Shown here piece after piece: positions 37,023-47,279 of a stretch of 64,000 nt of DNA (positions are counted from its first letter, which is position 1; each line of letters starts with the position of its first letter). The notes beneath the pieces are model-generated. The model had not been told where the DNA came from, ran no database searches, and saw only the letters and a list, made by a program, of their open reading frames with translations. The DNA comes from Patescibacteria group bacterium (lineage in GTDB: Bacteria > Patescibacteriota > Patescibacteriia > JBDRGY01): the NCBI GenBank assembly GCA_043817315.1, contig JBDRGY010000016.1, positions 4,863 to 68,862 on the forward strand. The letters are read 5' to 3'. A program made the translations under genes and the position numbers.

Positions 37023-37255
37023 GCAATGCGCTCTTCTATATAGTATAAAACAGTTGCGGCATTTACCCCGCCGTATGGCGGGGCCAACTGAGCTATCCAG
37101 GAAGACAAAATTCACTTATCTAATTAGTATGAGAGACCCATCCCGCCAACGGCGGGATTGCTCTACTTCTATATGGGAACTGCCAGCCAGAGGCTGGTCC
37201 GCCTCTGGCGGAAGCTATCGCGGAGCTTTGGGCACAATAACGATATTATAAAATC

Positions 37256-38458
37256 CTAATAATCTCTTAGTTTCTTCATCCCTTCATGTTCCTGGATTCT
37301 TTCCAGGGCCTTGGCTTCAATCTGCCTGATTCTTTCTCTGGTTACTCCGAATTCCTGACCGACCTGTTCCAGGGTATGGGCAATGCCGTCAGTCAAACCA
37401 AAACGCATTTCCAGGATTTTCTGCTCGCGGGGAGTTAATTCGGTAATAATCTCCCTGACATGATCTTTGAGAAGCTGCAGGGCAGCGGATCGCGAAGGGG
37501 TAATCGTCTTGACGTCTTCGATAAAGTCTCCCAGAGTGGAATCTTCATCGTCTTCTCCCACTGAAGTTTCCAGAGAGACAGTGTCTTGAGATATTTTAAT
37601 AATGTGGTGAATCTTGTCAACCGGCTCACCCATCTCCGCGGCAATCTCTTCGGGCAAAGGCTCCCGGCCCAGACTTTGAATCAGCTGGCGCTGAATCTGG
37701 GTAAATTTATTGATGGTCTCCACCATATGCACCGGGATTCTGATGATTCTGGATTGGTCAGCCAAAGCTCTGGTAATGGCTTGGCGAATCCACCAGGTGG
37801 CATAGGTAGAAAACTTATACCCTTTCCTGTAGTCAAACTTTTCCACGGCCCGGAACAAACCAACGTTACCTTCCTGGATCAAGTCTAGTAAAGAAAGGCT
37901 GCGGCCGGTAAACTTTTTAGCAATGGAAACCACTAGGCGCAGATTGGCTTCAATCAATTTCTTCTGAGCCGCTACATCGCCCTTTTCTTTTCTTTTGGCC
38001 AGTTTGATCTCTTCTTCAGCGGTCAACAGCGGTACCTTACCGATTTCCCTCAAATACATCTGGATAGAATCAGAAGCGATGTCGGCCAAATCAAATCGTC
38101 TTTTGTCAGAAGATTTCTTGGACTGGAGCACTTCTTCTTTTAAAGGTGCGCCCAAAAGACTGGTTTCTGTCTCTACTACCTCAATTCCCAAATCATCGAA
38201 TTTATCCAGCAAATCTTCGTATTCCTCGATGTATTCTTCCAACTCGGGCAGGGCGTAGAGTACTTCTGTTTCCGTAATAAAGTCCCGGGAGCGGCCCTTT
38301 TGGATCAGCAGGCCAATCTTATCATAAGGAAACTCGGCCTTGACCCTCCTGGTCCTGGTGGTTTTAGCGACTTTGGCGCGCGGCTTGGCCTTTTTGAACG
38401 GCTTTTTGGCAACCGCTTTAGTCTTTTTCTTGGTTGTATTAGTTTTAGCTTTAGGCAT
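37256..38458 (-). CDS. rpoD: RNA polymerase primary sigma factor
   Basis: [51 protein letters not shown]. Confidence 0.97.
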   Translation of the reverse strand: MPKAKTNTTKKKTKAVAKKPFKKAKPRAKVAKTTRTRRVKAEFPYDKIGLLIQKGRSRDFITETEVLYALPELEEYIEEYEDLLDKFDDLGIEVVETETSLLGAPLKEEVLQSKKSSDKRRFDLADIASDSIQMYLREIGKVPLLTAEEEIKLAKRKEKGDVAAQKKLIEANLRLVVSIAKKFTGRSLSLLDLIQEGNVGLFRAVEKFDYRKGYKFSTYATWWIRQAITRALADQSRIIRIPVHMVETINKFTQIQRQLIQSLGREPLPEEIAAEMGEPVDKIHHIIKISQDTVSLETSVGEDDEDSTLGDFIEDVKTITPSRSAALQLLKDHVREIITELTPREQKILEMRFGLTDGIAHTLEQVGQEFGVTRERIRQIEAKALERIQEHEGMKKLRDY

Positions 38459-38493
38459 ATCAAAAAATTGATCTATTTATCCCTAAAATAGAT

Positions 38494-40296
38494 TTATTCT
38501 AGCTGTACTAATTGTCTTGATAGTTGATCGAATTCCTCTAACAATTTTTTTTCTCCCTCTTTGGCCTCTGAGGAATCACTCTTTTCTAATTCCTTTAATC
38601 CCTTCTCAATCTGTATTAATTGAGAAGTAAGGTATTTTTTGTTTAAAAACCTGATAATGTTGTCAATTTCTGATTTGAACATGTCTTCATCAAAATCCGT
38701 GTACAGATCTTCTGCTAAAAGTTCCAATATGTCAATCTTTTGACTTAATTCTTCGTTCTCTGCTTTTAGTTTGGTTCTAAACTCGGCCGGATCAAATCTG
38801 TGCTTCTCAGTATAGTAAACTATTAGGCTTTTGTAAAGATTCTGCAGATCACGGTCAATTAAGAATTCTGACTTACAATTATCAATAATGTAATCCAGAT
38901 TTTCATAATATTTTAAAGCAATACCAAGCAGTTCCTCTGATTCAGTCAGGCTGCGGTCTTTCAGGGCTGATTTTTGTTTGAGGGGCGGTTTGATATCTTT
39001 AGTTTTTGTTTCAGGCTTTAACTCTCCTAGCTTGTCCCTTAATATTTTCTCTTCGACTTTCAATTTCTCGGCCAACTGCTGCAGGTAATGAGTTTGCTCT
39101 ACAGTGTCAGCAATCTTATCGATAATAGGAATCAGGATTTTAGCTGCTTCTTTTTTGTCTTCCACTTTATTTAAATTCAGCTTATCAAAAGTAGTTGTGA
39201 AATAGTAATCCATTATTGATTGATTATTGACAATGGCATCTTTCCACAGTTGAACACTCTTTTTAATACACTCATCCGGATCTTTGCCATAGGGCAAGGT
39301 GATTACCCTAACATTAAGACCTGACAGCATGGCCAGTTCTATGCCTCGTTTGGCTGCCCCCTCTCCGGCCAGATCAGCGTCAAAAGCAATGGCGATATTG
39401 GGAGAGTATCTTTTTATCAAATTTATCTGTCCTTCAGTCAGTGCAGTGCCTGAGGAAGCTACTACGTTGAGTACTCCGGCCTGATGCGAAGCTAACACAT
39501 CCATGTTGCCTTCAACCATTACTGCCAGCTTTTCAGACTTGATCGCTTGCTTGGCTCTATCCAGTCCATAAATAACAGTACTCTTGTTGTAGATTAAAGT
39601 TTGAGGTGTATTCACATACTTGGCAGCTTCTTCGTTACTTTCCAGAATGCGGCCAGTAAAGCCAATCGGGTTGCCATGTACGTCATTAATGGGGAACATC
39701 AGTCTTTTTCGGAAACGATCATACTGGCCAGTTCCTTTTTCTGATTTGATTGTAAGCCCGGACAGGAAGATATCTTCTTCTTTAAAACCTTTCTTCTTTA
39801 AAAAGTCATTGAGCCTTTCCCAGTCTTCCGGGGCAAAGCCCAGTTTAAAGCTGGTTATCGTTTCTTCGTTGACATCTCGTTCCGCTAAATACTCTCGGGC
39901 AATCTTGGCCGACTGAGCCTCTAATAAAACCTTGTGGTAATAACTGGCTGCCCATTTAGTAATATCCATTAGCTTGGTTTTTTGATTGTGCAGTTTGGGA
40001 TCACGCGGTACCAGTTTGACTCCGGCTCTTTTAGCCAGGATGCGCAAGGCTTCGGGAAATTCTACTCCTTCCATCTTCTGCACAAAACCAAAAATGTCTC
40101 CCCCCTCTCCGCAACCGAAGCAGTGATAAATCTGCTTGTCGGATGAGACCATAAAGGAGGGAGTTTTTTCCCGGTGAAAGGGACAGAGGGCCCGATGATT
40201 GGCTCCGGCTTTCTGCAATCGCAAGTATTCCTGAACAACATCAACGATGTCCAGCTTTTGTTTGATTTCGTCAACTGGTGACAAACTTGTGGCCAT
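38494..40296 (-). CDS. dnaG: DNA primase
   Basis: CPFH.EKTPSF, CFGCG, DRFRKRLMFPI, EGNMD, FDADLAG, KDPD. Confidence 0.97.
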   Translation of the reverse strand: MATSLSPVDEIKQKLDIVDVVQEYLRLQKAGANHRALCPFHREKTPSFMVSSDKQIYHCFGCGEGGDIFGFVQKMEGVEFPEALRILAKRAGVKLVPRDPKLHNQKTKLMDITKWAASYYHKVLLEAQSAKIAREYLAERDVNEETITSFKLGFAPEDWERLNDFLKKKGFKEEDIFLSGLTIKSEKGTGQYDRFRKRLMFPINDVHGNPIGFTGRILESNEEAAKYVNTPQTLIYNKSTVIYGLDRAKQAIKSEKLAVMVEGNMDVLASHQAGVLNVVASSGTALTEGQINLIKRYSPNIAIAFDADLAGEGAAKRGIELAMLSGLNVRVITLPYGKDPDECIKKSVQLWKDAIVNNQSIMDYYFTTTFDKLNLNKVEDKKEAAKILIPIIDKIADTVEQTHYLQQLAEKLKVEEKILRDKLGELKPETKTKDIKPPLKQKSALKDRSLTESEELLGIALKYYENLDYIIDNCKSEFLIDRDLQNLYKSLIVYYTEKHRFDPAEFRTKLKAENEELSQKIDILELLAEDLYTDFDEDMFKSEIDNIIRFLNKKYLTSQLIQIEKGLKELEKSDSSEAKEGEKKLLEEFDQLSRQLVQLE

Positions 40297-40337
40297 ATAT
40301 TATCTCAATAGTATCAAATATAAGATTATACTGGAAT

Positions 40338-40895
40338 TTAGGGCCTTGGCAAGTGGTAAAAGTGTGCACAGTGCCATTTTTGGTCGATTTTCATGCCCTG
40401 CTTCCGGCTCAAATAACGTGTAAAACCGCCACCTAGAAGCACTTTTTGGATTGCCGAGTTATCCCCAGCACAGTTAGCTTTAATCACTGTTGGCTTTAGA
40501 TTATTAAAGGCGTATCGGGTGAAACGCCTTACCACCTTGGTGGCAATCCCCTGACCGGCAAATTTGTTGAGAACGGCGATTCCTATAGAAAAGAATTGCT
40601 TCTGATAATTTATCCTGTTGACACTAAATCCCCCCACCAGCTTTCCCCGATACTTAATCAACCAATAAAAAGTTCTGCCCCGTTTTCTGCGCCAGAGACG
40701 AAGTGCCAATTGTTTTTTGGCCTCGTTTAAATTTTGGCAACGATTAACTCTTTGATATTTTACGGTGGTCGGAGATGAATACAATTTATAGTAGAAACTT
40801 AAATGTTTTTGCTCTAACGGGACTAAAATAACATCGCCCAACTTGATGGGCTTGATATTGTTAGAAAGATTTTGCAGAAATTTATTTTGAGTCAT
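40338..40895 (-). CDS. GNAT (RimJ/RimL-like) acetyltransferase
   Basis: FAGQGIAT and N..IQKVL..GF motifs. Confidence 0.82.
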   Translation of the reverse strand: MTQNKFLQNLSNNIKPIKLGDVILVPLEQKHLSFYYKLYSSPTTVKYQRVNRCQNLNEAKKQLALRLWRRKRGRTFYWLIKYRGKLVGGFSVNRINYQKQFFSIGIAVLNKFAGQGIATKVVRRFTRYAFNNLKPTVIKANCAGDNSAIQKVLLGGGFTRYLSRKQGMKIDQKWHCAHFYHLPRP

Positions 40896-41304
40896 GAAAA
40901 TTCTGGTATCTGCTCAGCGATCTTCTAGTCAAATATTCCAAATCCATGGTTTCGGCTTCCTTCAGGTCAACCCAGACAAATTCTTCCGCCTCATCATTGA
41001 GCTTGATGTCCTGGTTAACCGCTCGGCAGGTAAAATCAAAGCAGATAAAATGAGTATCTGGTTTATGATATTCTTGGGAATTAATTAGTTCTCCGAAGAA
41101 ATAGAATACAATATCAGCAATTTCTAAATTGGTTTCTTCTTTCATCTCTCTTCTCAAGGCTTCTTCCAGTTTTTCTCCAAATTTAACCTTACCGGAGGGC
41201 AGTAACCATTTATTGCTCCACTTATGAGATTTGACCAGCAAAAATTTTCCCTCTTCATTGAAGATTAAACCGCCAGTTGTTACTCTGGGAACTTTTTCAG
41301 TCAT
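40882..41304 (-). CDS. NUDIX hydrolase
   Basis: Nudix box GKVKFGEKLEEALRREMKEETNL. Confidence 0.92.
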   Translation of the reverse strand: MTEKVPRVTTGGLIFNEEGKFLLVKSHKWSNKWLLPSGKVKFGEKLEEALRREMKEETNLEIADIVFYFFGELINSQEYHKPDTHFICFDFTCRAVNQDIKLNDEAEEFVWVDLKEAETMDLEYLTRRSLSRYQNFHDSK

Positions 41305-41328
41305 CGTATTAACAAAATAGTAAACTGC

Positions 41329-41829
41329 TTAAAAATCAACGAAAGGATTCATAATCAACGGCAGGCTGGAAATATACAGATTGGGCTCAACACTCAGACT
41401 TTCTGTCAGTTTCACTTTATTAAACCATTTTACTTCGCTAATTTCATCTCTGTTGATTATAAACTCCTCTGTCATTTTATCTGTCTGATAGGTAAAAATC
41501 TGGGCAAAGAACTGGAATTCTTTCCTGATCCTGATTTTGGGTCCTTTAATCGGATCAATATTATCCAAACCGATTTCTTCCCTGGCCTCCTTTAAAACGT
41601 TGGTTAAATAAGTTTCACCCTCTTCTACTGTTCCTGCTGCTGCCGGGTGCCACTGGCCGGGACTATGGCTTTCGCTAAGGGACCTTCTGGATAACAAGAC
41701 CTCTCCCAGTGAATTAGTTACCCAGAGCACTGAAACCCGATAGATGTCTTTTTTGGCATCTACCTGGTCTCTCTGCTTGAAGCCGATTACTTTGTCGCTT
41801 TCGTCTACAATAATTACTTTTGGCTTCAT
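41329..41829 (-). CDS. NUDIX hydrolase (IDI/YfcD-like)
   Basis: VDESDKVIG, HSPGQW..AAGTVEEGE..KEAREEIG. Confidence 0.85.
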   Translation of the reverse strand: MKPKVIIVDESDKVIGFKQRDQVDAKKDIYRVSVLWVTNSLGEVLLSRRSLSESHSPGQWHPAAAGTVEEGETYLTNVLKEAREEIGLDNIDPIKGPKIRIRKEFQFFAQIFTYQTDKMTEEFIINRDEISEVKWFNKVKLTESLSVEPNLYISSLPLIMNPFVDF

Positions 41830-41852
41830 GCTTTCTTTATAATTGTTTAACT

Positions 41853-42080
41853 TTATCCAACATATTTAAAATGAGTTCTTTTTTTGCCTTGATAAACCAC
41901 GTCATTCAGAAAATCATCTTTTGGTCTTACCCACAAAGCATTTTGGCCAAATTCTTCAGAATCATACAGGGCCCGGTAAACCACTAACTCTTCTTTGGTT
42001 TCTGAATGGCGCGCCGTGCCAATTACTTCATAGAATTGACCTTTATAATGCTGATATTTTCCTGGCTTAACTTCTACCAT
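41853..42080 (-). CDS. DUF1653 family protein
   Basis: GKYQHYKG..YEV..ARHSET..VVYRALY..WVRP. Confidence 0.9.
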   Translation of the reverse strand: MVEVKPGKYQHYKGQFYEVIGTARHSETKEELVVYRALYDSEEFGQNALWVRPKDDFLNDVVYQGKKRTHFKYVG

Positions 42081-42188
42081 ATTGATTACAGATTAACACA
42101 AATTATCTCGTGATTAAAGCAAGGGGTTAAATAAAAAAGCGGGTTTTGGCGTCTTGCCTCACCGTTTGGTTCCTTATATGTCAAGAGT

Positions 42189-42788
42189 TTATTTGCCCGT
42201 TATCATAAAAAAAGAATCTTTTAACCAGCCAATAGTCCAACCTTCCAATTTTTCTTCTGACAAATTGGCCACGTTTTTTATCGTGACATAATCCAAACGA
42301 CTAAACCAATCTTTTCTCGGTTGATGCAGTCCGGTCAGATATTCTTCAAACGAACTCCTCGAACGTGTTTTGTCGCTAGCTTTTCTGGAACGTAGTAATT
42401 CATCATTTCCATCAAGATAAAGTATAGTGGTCGATCGGTATTTTCTCAATTCGGTCAGCTCCTTTGCTAAACTTTTTTCCATATCCCAGTTCTGGCCAAT
42501 CAATTTTGGCCAACAGAAAGTATGAAATTCTGTTTCTTCGGGAGATAAATCCATAATTACCACTCCCGACGGAAGGTTTTGATATCTTTTAATTGATTCT
42601 TTAATAAATATTTTTTGGTTGGCAATAAAATCTTGTTCAATGCGCTTATCTAAATTGAGGGCTTTGGCTATGGCCGGTTTCGGATCCTCAAAACTAAAAT
42701 AAATATCCGGCAGGCGTTTCTGTAGTCTTTTGGCCAAAGTAGTTTTGCCCACGGCCGGTCCGCCTTCCAAAGATATTATTTGGCGCAT
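42189..42788 (-). CDS. P-loop kinase (deoxynucleoside/NMP kinase-like)
   Basis: EGGPAVGKTT, ILYLD, lid arginines. Confidence 0.75.
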   Translation of the reverse strand: MRQIISLEGGPAVGKTTLAKRLQKRLPDIYFSFEDPKPAIAKALNLDKRIEQDFIANQKIFIKESIKRYQNLPSGVVIMDLSPEETEFHTFCWPKLIGQNWDMEKSLAKELTELRKYRSTTILYLDGNDELLRSRKASDKTRSRSSFEEYLTGLHQPRKDWFSRLDYVTIKNVANLSEEKLEGWTIGWLKDSFFMITGK

Positions 42789-43210
42789 TATTTTCCGGTT
42801 ATTAAATGATAAGAATCCTTCAACCAGGTTATCAATTCTTTATCAATTTCTTTCTTGGAATAAATATCCAGACTGGACATATATTTACTGCCGGAAACCT
42901 GGGCCGCTTTATCTATCCTCTTGCTACCAATTCTTTTATCATGGGCAAAGTGAATCCTGATCCGGTCCTTCCGGGCGTAAACACACATAAAAGTGTAATG
43001 GCTAACCAGATGGATACAACACGGTAGAGATTCAATCTTGATGGGGCCAACCTTTTTCTTTATTTTTGCCAACAAATGATCATAAAGCGGCCTGGCAATA
43101 TCGGTCTTACCAACAAAATGTTCTTGTACCGGAAAAATCACACAAGAATGCATTTGATTTTTATTAGTGAATTCTCTCTTACATTTTGGACACTGCCATT
43201 TTTTAGTCAT
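42788..43210 (-). CDS. DUF5655-like protein with N-terminal Zn-knuckle
   Basis: MTKKWQCPKC.R.F..NQ.HSC and EID.EL..WL..SY; start ATG 43210 preferred. Confidence 0.75.
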   Translation of the reverse strand: MTKKWQCPKCKREFTNKNQMHSCVIFPVQEHFVGKTDIARPLYDHLLAKIKKKVGPIKIESLPCCIHLVSHYTFMCVYARKDRIRIHFAHDKRIGSKRIDKAAQVSGSKYMSSLDIYSKKEIDKELITWLKDSYHLITGK

Positions 43211-43214
43211 ATAT

Positions 43215-43364
43215 TTATGCTTTACTTCTTCTCTGGACAATAATCGCCACCACCAAAGCAATGACCGCCGGGATTAAACTCCACCAGAATTCCGGATAAT
43301 TTCCTTGCCATAAATTATATGCCATTAACAGGATGAAGGCGGCAATTATAATCCACCAAATCAT
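43215..43364 (-). CDS. Small two-TM protein (49 aa), not in the ORF track
   Basis: MIWWIIIAAFILLMAYNLWQGNYPEFWWSLIPAVIALVVAIIVQRRSKA; fits between its neighbours with 1-nt and 4-nt gaps. Confidence 0.7.
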   Translation of the reverse strand: MIWWIIIAAFILLMAYNLWQGNYPEFWWSLIPAVIALVVAIIVQRRSKA

Positions 43365-43365
43365 T

Positions 43366-44010
43366 TTAAATTTTTTGGGCATTGGTACTCCAATTAATGT
43401 TTAAGCTTCCATGCTCGATTTGATGCATGATAATGTCAGCCACAGTTTTTAAGATTAGAAAAACTATTAAACTAGAATTCCCGTTACTCAAAAACACGCC
43501 GAACAAGATAATGAAGTGCATAGGAATAATCCGGGCGTAAGGCCAAAACATAATTTTCCCAATATTAGGTCTTTTGGCAAGATCCTGTTGGAGATTGTGC
43601 CGGAAAGAAAACAGATGGTTGAAGAAAAAAGCGGCAATACTTATAAGAATCGGCCAAATTACTACCGAATTTAAGGGTGTTCTAACTAATAAAAAGATAA
43701 AATATGTAAGATGAAAGATGCCATAGTGGACCAGGAAGAAAAACCCGGCAAAGTTTTTGACCAGGCCGGTGGCTTTAACTGGTTGCTTGTTGATTTTAAA
43801 ATCTTGGGTGGAAAAACTTTCCAGTTTAAGGATGCGGACAAAATTGAACCAGCCGATAATAACACTTTGGGCCCAATAAACCCAAACTACTATGGTAAAA
43901 TCCCAACCCTGAGCCGCAGCTAAAATAATTGTTACTAAATTCGCTAGAATTAACCAAATCAGTGATTGGTCAAAATAAAGCAGTTTTTTTGATGTCGTTT
44001 GGCTATCCAT
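43366..44010 (-). CDS. DUF6498-like membrane protein
   Basis: LILAN..YWAQS..FF..HYG.F..PY.RI.PMH. Confidence 0.75.
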   Translation of the reverse strand: MDSQTTSKKLLYFDQSLIWLILANLVTIILAAAQGWDFTIVVWVYWAQSVIIGWFNFVRILKLESFSTQDFKINKQPVKATGLVKNFAGFFFLVHYGIFHLTYFIFLLVRTPLNSVVIWPILISIAAFFFNHLFSFRHNLQQDLAKRPNIGKIMFWPYARIIPMHFIILFGVFLSNGNSSLIVFLILKTVADIIMHQIEHGSLNINWSTNAQKI

Positions 44011-44011
44011 C

Positions 44012-45487
44012 CTATTTTTTATAGATTAATCTTCCTTCTACTTTTTTGGCAATATTCTGATGATTGCGCAAATATTCCTCCAAGACACCCTGGGCCGAAG
44101 TGGAGACCACTTTGCCTTGTTTGGAGGCCAGCAATTCATCCTGGGCAATATTTAAGTACGCACCACAGCTGGAAAAATGATAACCTTGCAGGCAAATCTT
44201 ATATCGTTTATTGTCATCAACCGGCTCTCCATTATATTTAAGCGATTCCAGCTTTTTAGTTGTATCATTATAAATTGCCTCCACTCCCCGGTTGATTTGG
44301 TAACATTCTCCTTCACCGTCCCGGTTGGCAAGACGCATAATGTAGGCAAAGATCTTCTTCAGTTGTTGGCCAGTTATGGTAAATCTTTGCAAAGAGTCGT
44401 CATAGGGGAAACAAGCCATCAGATCACCTAAGGTTACCATCGGCCCCAATTCTTTAACTCGAATTGATCCGGCCCCTACCAGCATGACGTCGCACTCGGC
44501 CACTTCAGCAAAAGCATCAGCGATTAAATTACCCAGTGATGTTTCAATCTCCCGCTCCGGATGAGTCACCTTCTCGGCCAATTTACATATCATGGTGTTG
44601 TATTTACGATCCACTTCTTTTTTGAAAGAAGCGATATAATCGGTCAGCGCTTTATCCGGCTGGGCCAATTTGTCATTAATGGGAATTAGCTGCCATTTAT
44701 GTTCCACGATGCTGTTGGTATCATCATCCACCACAATATCAAAGCGTCCAATCTGGTTGGTCCCCACTCCGGCTTGAGCGATCAAGATATCGTTAACCTT
44801 TTTGGGCTGATCTAACATAGTATGAGAATGTCCACCGATAATCATGTCCACTCCCCACTCCGGCTTGAGCATTTTGGCCAACTCAATGTCCGATTCAAAA
44901 CCGATGTGCGACAAGATTATGGTCAAATCAATATCGTCATTCTTGTAGGCATCAGTGATCTTGCCGACTTCAGCGCTGGCTTCTTCCAAGCTGACAAAAC
45001 TGCCCACTAATTTATCTTGTTTTAGGGAGTCCATCACCTTCTCTGTGATAATACCGGTAAACATAATATCAAAACCGGCTTTTTTAATTATTAAATAAGG
45101 CCGCATCAGGCGCTTGTTGTATTTCTTGATATACAAATTAGCATTGACGATAGGAAAATTAGCCATCTTTTCCAGAAACAATAAATGGGGCAAGCCATAA
45201 TCGAATTCGTGATTACCCAGAGAGACTACATCCGGCGCCAGGTAATTCATAATCTCCATGGTGGAAATTCCTTTGTATTCCGAATCAATCAGAGAGCCCT
45301 GAACCATGTCACCAGAGATGAGATAAATTACATTCTCTTCTTCTTTCCTCACTTTATTAATGTAACCGGACAACAAAGCCAGCCCGCCGATCAGTTCGCC
45401 TTTGGCTCCCTCCACCTCAGCCAGAAAATCGCCGTGCATGTCATTAGAATGGAGGATGGTGAATTTTTTGGTATTACCTTTTTTCAT
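44012..45487 (-). CDS. Bifunctional metallophosphatase/5'-nucleotidase (no obvious signal peptide)
   Basis: HSNDMHG, SGD, GNHEFD, SHIG, GGHSH. Confidence 0.92.
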   Translation of the reverse strand: MKKGNTKKFTILHSNDMHGDFLAEVEGAKGELIGGLALLSGYINKVRKEEENVIYLISGDMVQGSLIDSEYKGISTMEIMNYLAPDVVSLGNHEFDYGLPHLLFLEKMANFPIVNANLYIKKYNKRLMRPYLIIKKAGFDIMFTGIITEKVMDSLKQDKLVGSFVSLEEASAEVGKITDAYKNDDIDLTIILSHIGFESDIELAKMLKPEWGVDMIIGGHSHTMLDQPKKVNDILIAQAGVGTNQIGRFDIVVDDDTNSIVEHKWQLIPINDKLAQPDKALTDYIASFKKEVDRKYNTMICKLAEKVTHPEREIETSLGNLIADAFAEVAECDVMLVGAGSIRVKELGPMVTLGDLMACFPYDDSLQRFTITGQQLKKIFAYIMRLANRDGEGECYQINRGVEAIYNDTTKKLESLKYNGEPVDDNKRYKICLQGYHFSSCGAYLNIAQDELLASKQGKVVSTSAQGVLEEYLRNHQNIAKKVEGRLIYKK

Positions 45488-45499
45488 ATTTTAATTGTC

Positions 45500-45952
45500 T
45501 TAAAAATCTGAATAGCCCAACAAACTAAATTCTTTACTTTCTGCGTTATAAGACATCGAAAAGATGTACTTTTTCTCAATCACAAACTGGTCTGGATTAT
45601 CAGCCGAGATTCTCAACTGTTTGTCAGCTGGTGCGGAAATCGTTTCAGCTACCAAGATGGCGTCTTCCGGACAAGGCATACACACTGCCTGTACTGGACA
45701 AGGCGGACAGTAAGTGGTGTCAACCACCAAGCCGTCGGTGTTATACTGGCCACTCTGCAATTTACCGTCTTGGTTGTCCGTTATTAAAAAATCGGGCAGG
45801 TAATATAAGTGATCTCCGGCTTCCGGATAAGTCTTATTGGTTGCCACATTGGTGTTTTCGTTGCCGCTGTTATCAACGACCAAAAAATAGGCAATGACAC
45901 CTACTGCCAAAATGATAATCACCCCGATGATGATTTGAATCGGTTTAGTCAT
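45500..45952 (-). CDS. Membrane-anchored hypothetical protein with a CPPCP..C.PC motif
   Basis: N-terminal TM, Cys cluster. Confidence 0.7.
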   Translation of the reverse strand: MTKPIQIIIGVIIILAVGVIAYFLVVDNSGNENTNVATNKTYPEAGDHLYYLPDFLITDNQDGKLQSGQYNTDGLVVDTTYCPPCPVQAVCMPCPEDAILVAETISAPADKQLRISADNPDQFVIEKKYIFSMSYNAESKEFSLLGYSDF

Positions 45953-46325
45953 TTTTTTCTTTATTAAAATCTAAAGCCAAAGAATTAATACAATACCTCT
46001 GGTCAGTCGGCTGAGGTCCATCATCAAAGACATGACCTAAATGGGAACCGCACTTTTTACAAACCACTTCAACTCTATTCATTCCATCAGTGCTATCGTC
46101 TTTTAATTCCACGCTTTGATCAACCGCCTGCCAAAAACTGGGCCAACCGGAACCGGAATCAAACTTGGTATCCGATTTAAACAACTGATTGCCGCAAGCG
46201 GCACAAACATACATACCCTTGGCCTTATTATTCAGCAGCTCGCCAGAAAAAGCCGGTTCAGTGCCCCTCTCTCGCAAAACCTGGTATTGCTCGGGGGTTA
46301 ATTTTCCCTTAAAGTCATCATTCAT
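45945..46325 (-). CDS. msrB: Peptide-methionine (R)-S-oxide reductase
   Basis: [31 protein letters not shown]. Confidence 0.97.
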   Translation of the reverse strand: MNDDFKGKLTPEQYQVLRERGTEPAFSGELLNNKAKGMYVCAACGNQLFKSDTKFDSGSGWPSFWQAVDQSVELKDDSTDGMNRVEVVCKKCGSHLGHVFDDGPQPTDQRYCINSLALDFNKEKND

Positions 46326-46427
46326 ATTACTACTATTAATTTACCAAATTCTTAAGGTTTTTACCATTGATTTGCTAAAATTCTAATTCTGCTATAATAC
46401 AAGATGTTAACAATTAACTGAAAAAGT

Positions 46428-47225
46428 ATGCAATCAAAAGGCCTAATCACCATAGTCATTGTTATTGTCATCATTGTCATCGGGTTAGTCTTTTGGTACA
46501 CCCAAACCGGCGAAGAAACCATCACCAATACCAATACAAACACCACAACCAATAACAACACTGTCGCCAACACCAATGCAACTACTACGGGTTATATGGA
46601 TATTGATGCTGACGCTGCTTATGATCTGACCGGCACTATCTTGGACTTGGTAATTTTAGATGTTTCTCCCAATTTCGAAAGTGGTCATATAGTTAATGCG
46701 GTAAACTACTACGTGGGTGACGGTTCTTTGGATGCCGCCATTCCCACCCTAGACGAAGTAAAATCTTATTTGGTTTACTGTCATGTTGACAGTGCCTCTA
46801 TTTCCGGGGCCCAAAAATTAATAGAAGCTGGCTTTCCCAATGTCTATCGCTTAGTGGGCAATTATGCCGCTTGGGAAAATGCCGGTTATCCCATCTCCAT
46901 TCCTCTTGATGCCGTTGGTACGGTATCCGGAGATGCCCGGGCTGATGTTAGCTACTTTAATGGGACCTTTACCCATGCAGTTATGGCTGACATTCCAGAA
47001 CCGGCTGAGGGAAAATTCTACGAGGGTTGGTTAGTCCAAGGCACTGACTTCTTTTCTACTGGCCGACTGGAAAACGTTGGTGGTGATGAAGCGGTTTATT
47101 ACACTTTGCTGTACACGGCAACTGAAGATCAGCGCGCTTACAATGAAGTAGTCATTACCGAAGAGACGGAAAGTGCTGGCCTTGATGACAATCCGGAAAC
47201 TCATATTTTCGAAGGAACTTTCTAA
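46428..47225 (+). CDS. Membrane-anchored rhodanese-domain protein with a C-terminal beta domain
   Basis: ILDV..F..GHI..A, VYC, V..L.G..AW; FYEGWLV in the second domain. Confidence 0.8.
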   Translation: MQSKGLITIVIVIVIIVIGLVFWYTQTGEETITNTNTNTTTNNNTVANTNATTTGYMDIDADAAYDLTGTILDLVILDVSPNFESGHIVNAVNYYVGDGSLDAAIPTLDEVKSYLVYCHVDSASISGAQKLIEAGFPNVYRLVGNYAAWENAGYPISIPLDAVGTVSGDARADVSYFNGTFTHAVMADIPEPAEGKFYEGWLVQGTDFFSTGRLENVGGDEAVYYTLLYTATEDQRAYNEVVITEETESAGLDDNPETHIFEGTF

Positions 47226-47279
47226 AAACGAAATAAACTAAAAAAGTCCGCTATTGCCTGACGGGCTTTTTTATTCCAT

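Larger units (their letters stand above)
36750..37224 (-). pseudogene. Multiply interrupted tRNA-Asn remnants (two 5' halves, two CCA-bearing 3' ends) surrounding the intact tRNA-Asn
   Basis: Collinear tRNA-Asn fragments separated by GC-rich hairpins; see findings. Confidence 0.8.

Noticed and set aside
36657-37251. Several short ORFs containing LPAGRQ/PACRQAG
   Set aside because: They are translations of tRNA-Asn fragments and palindromes.
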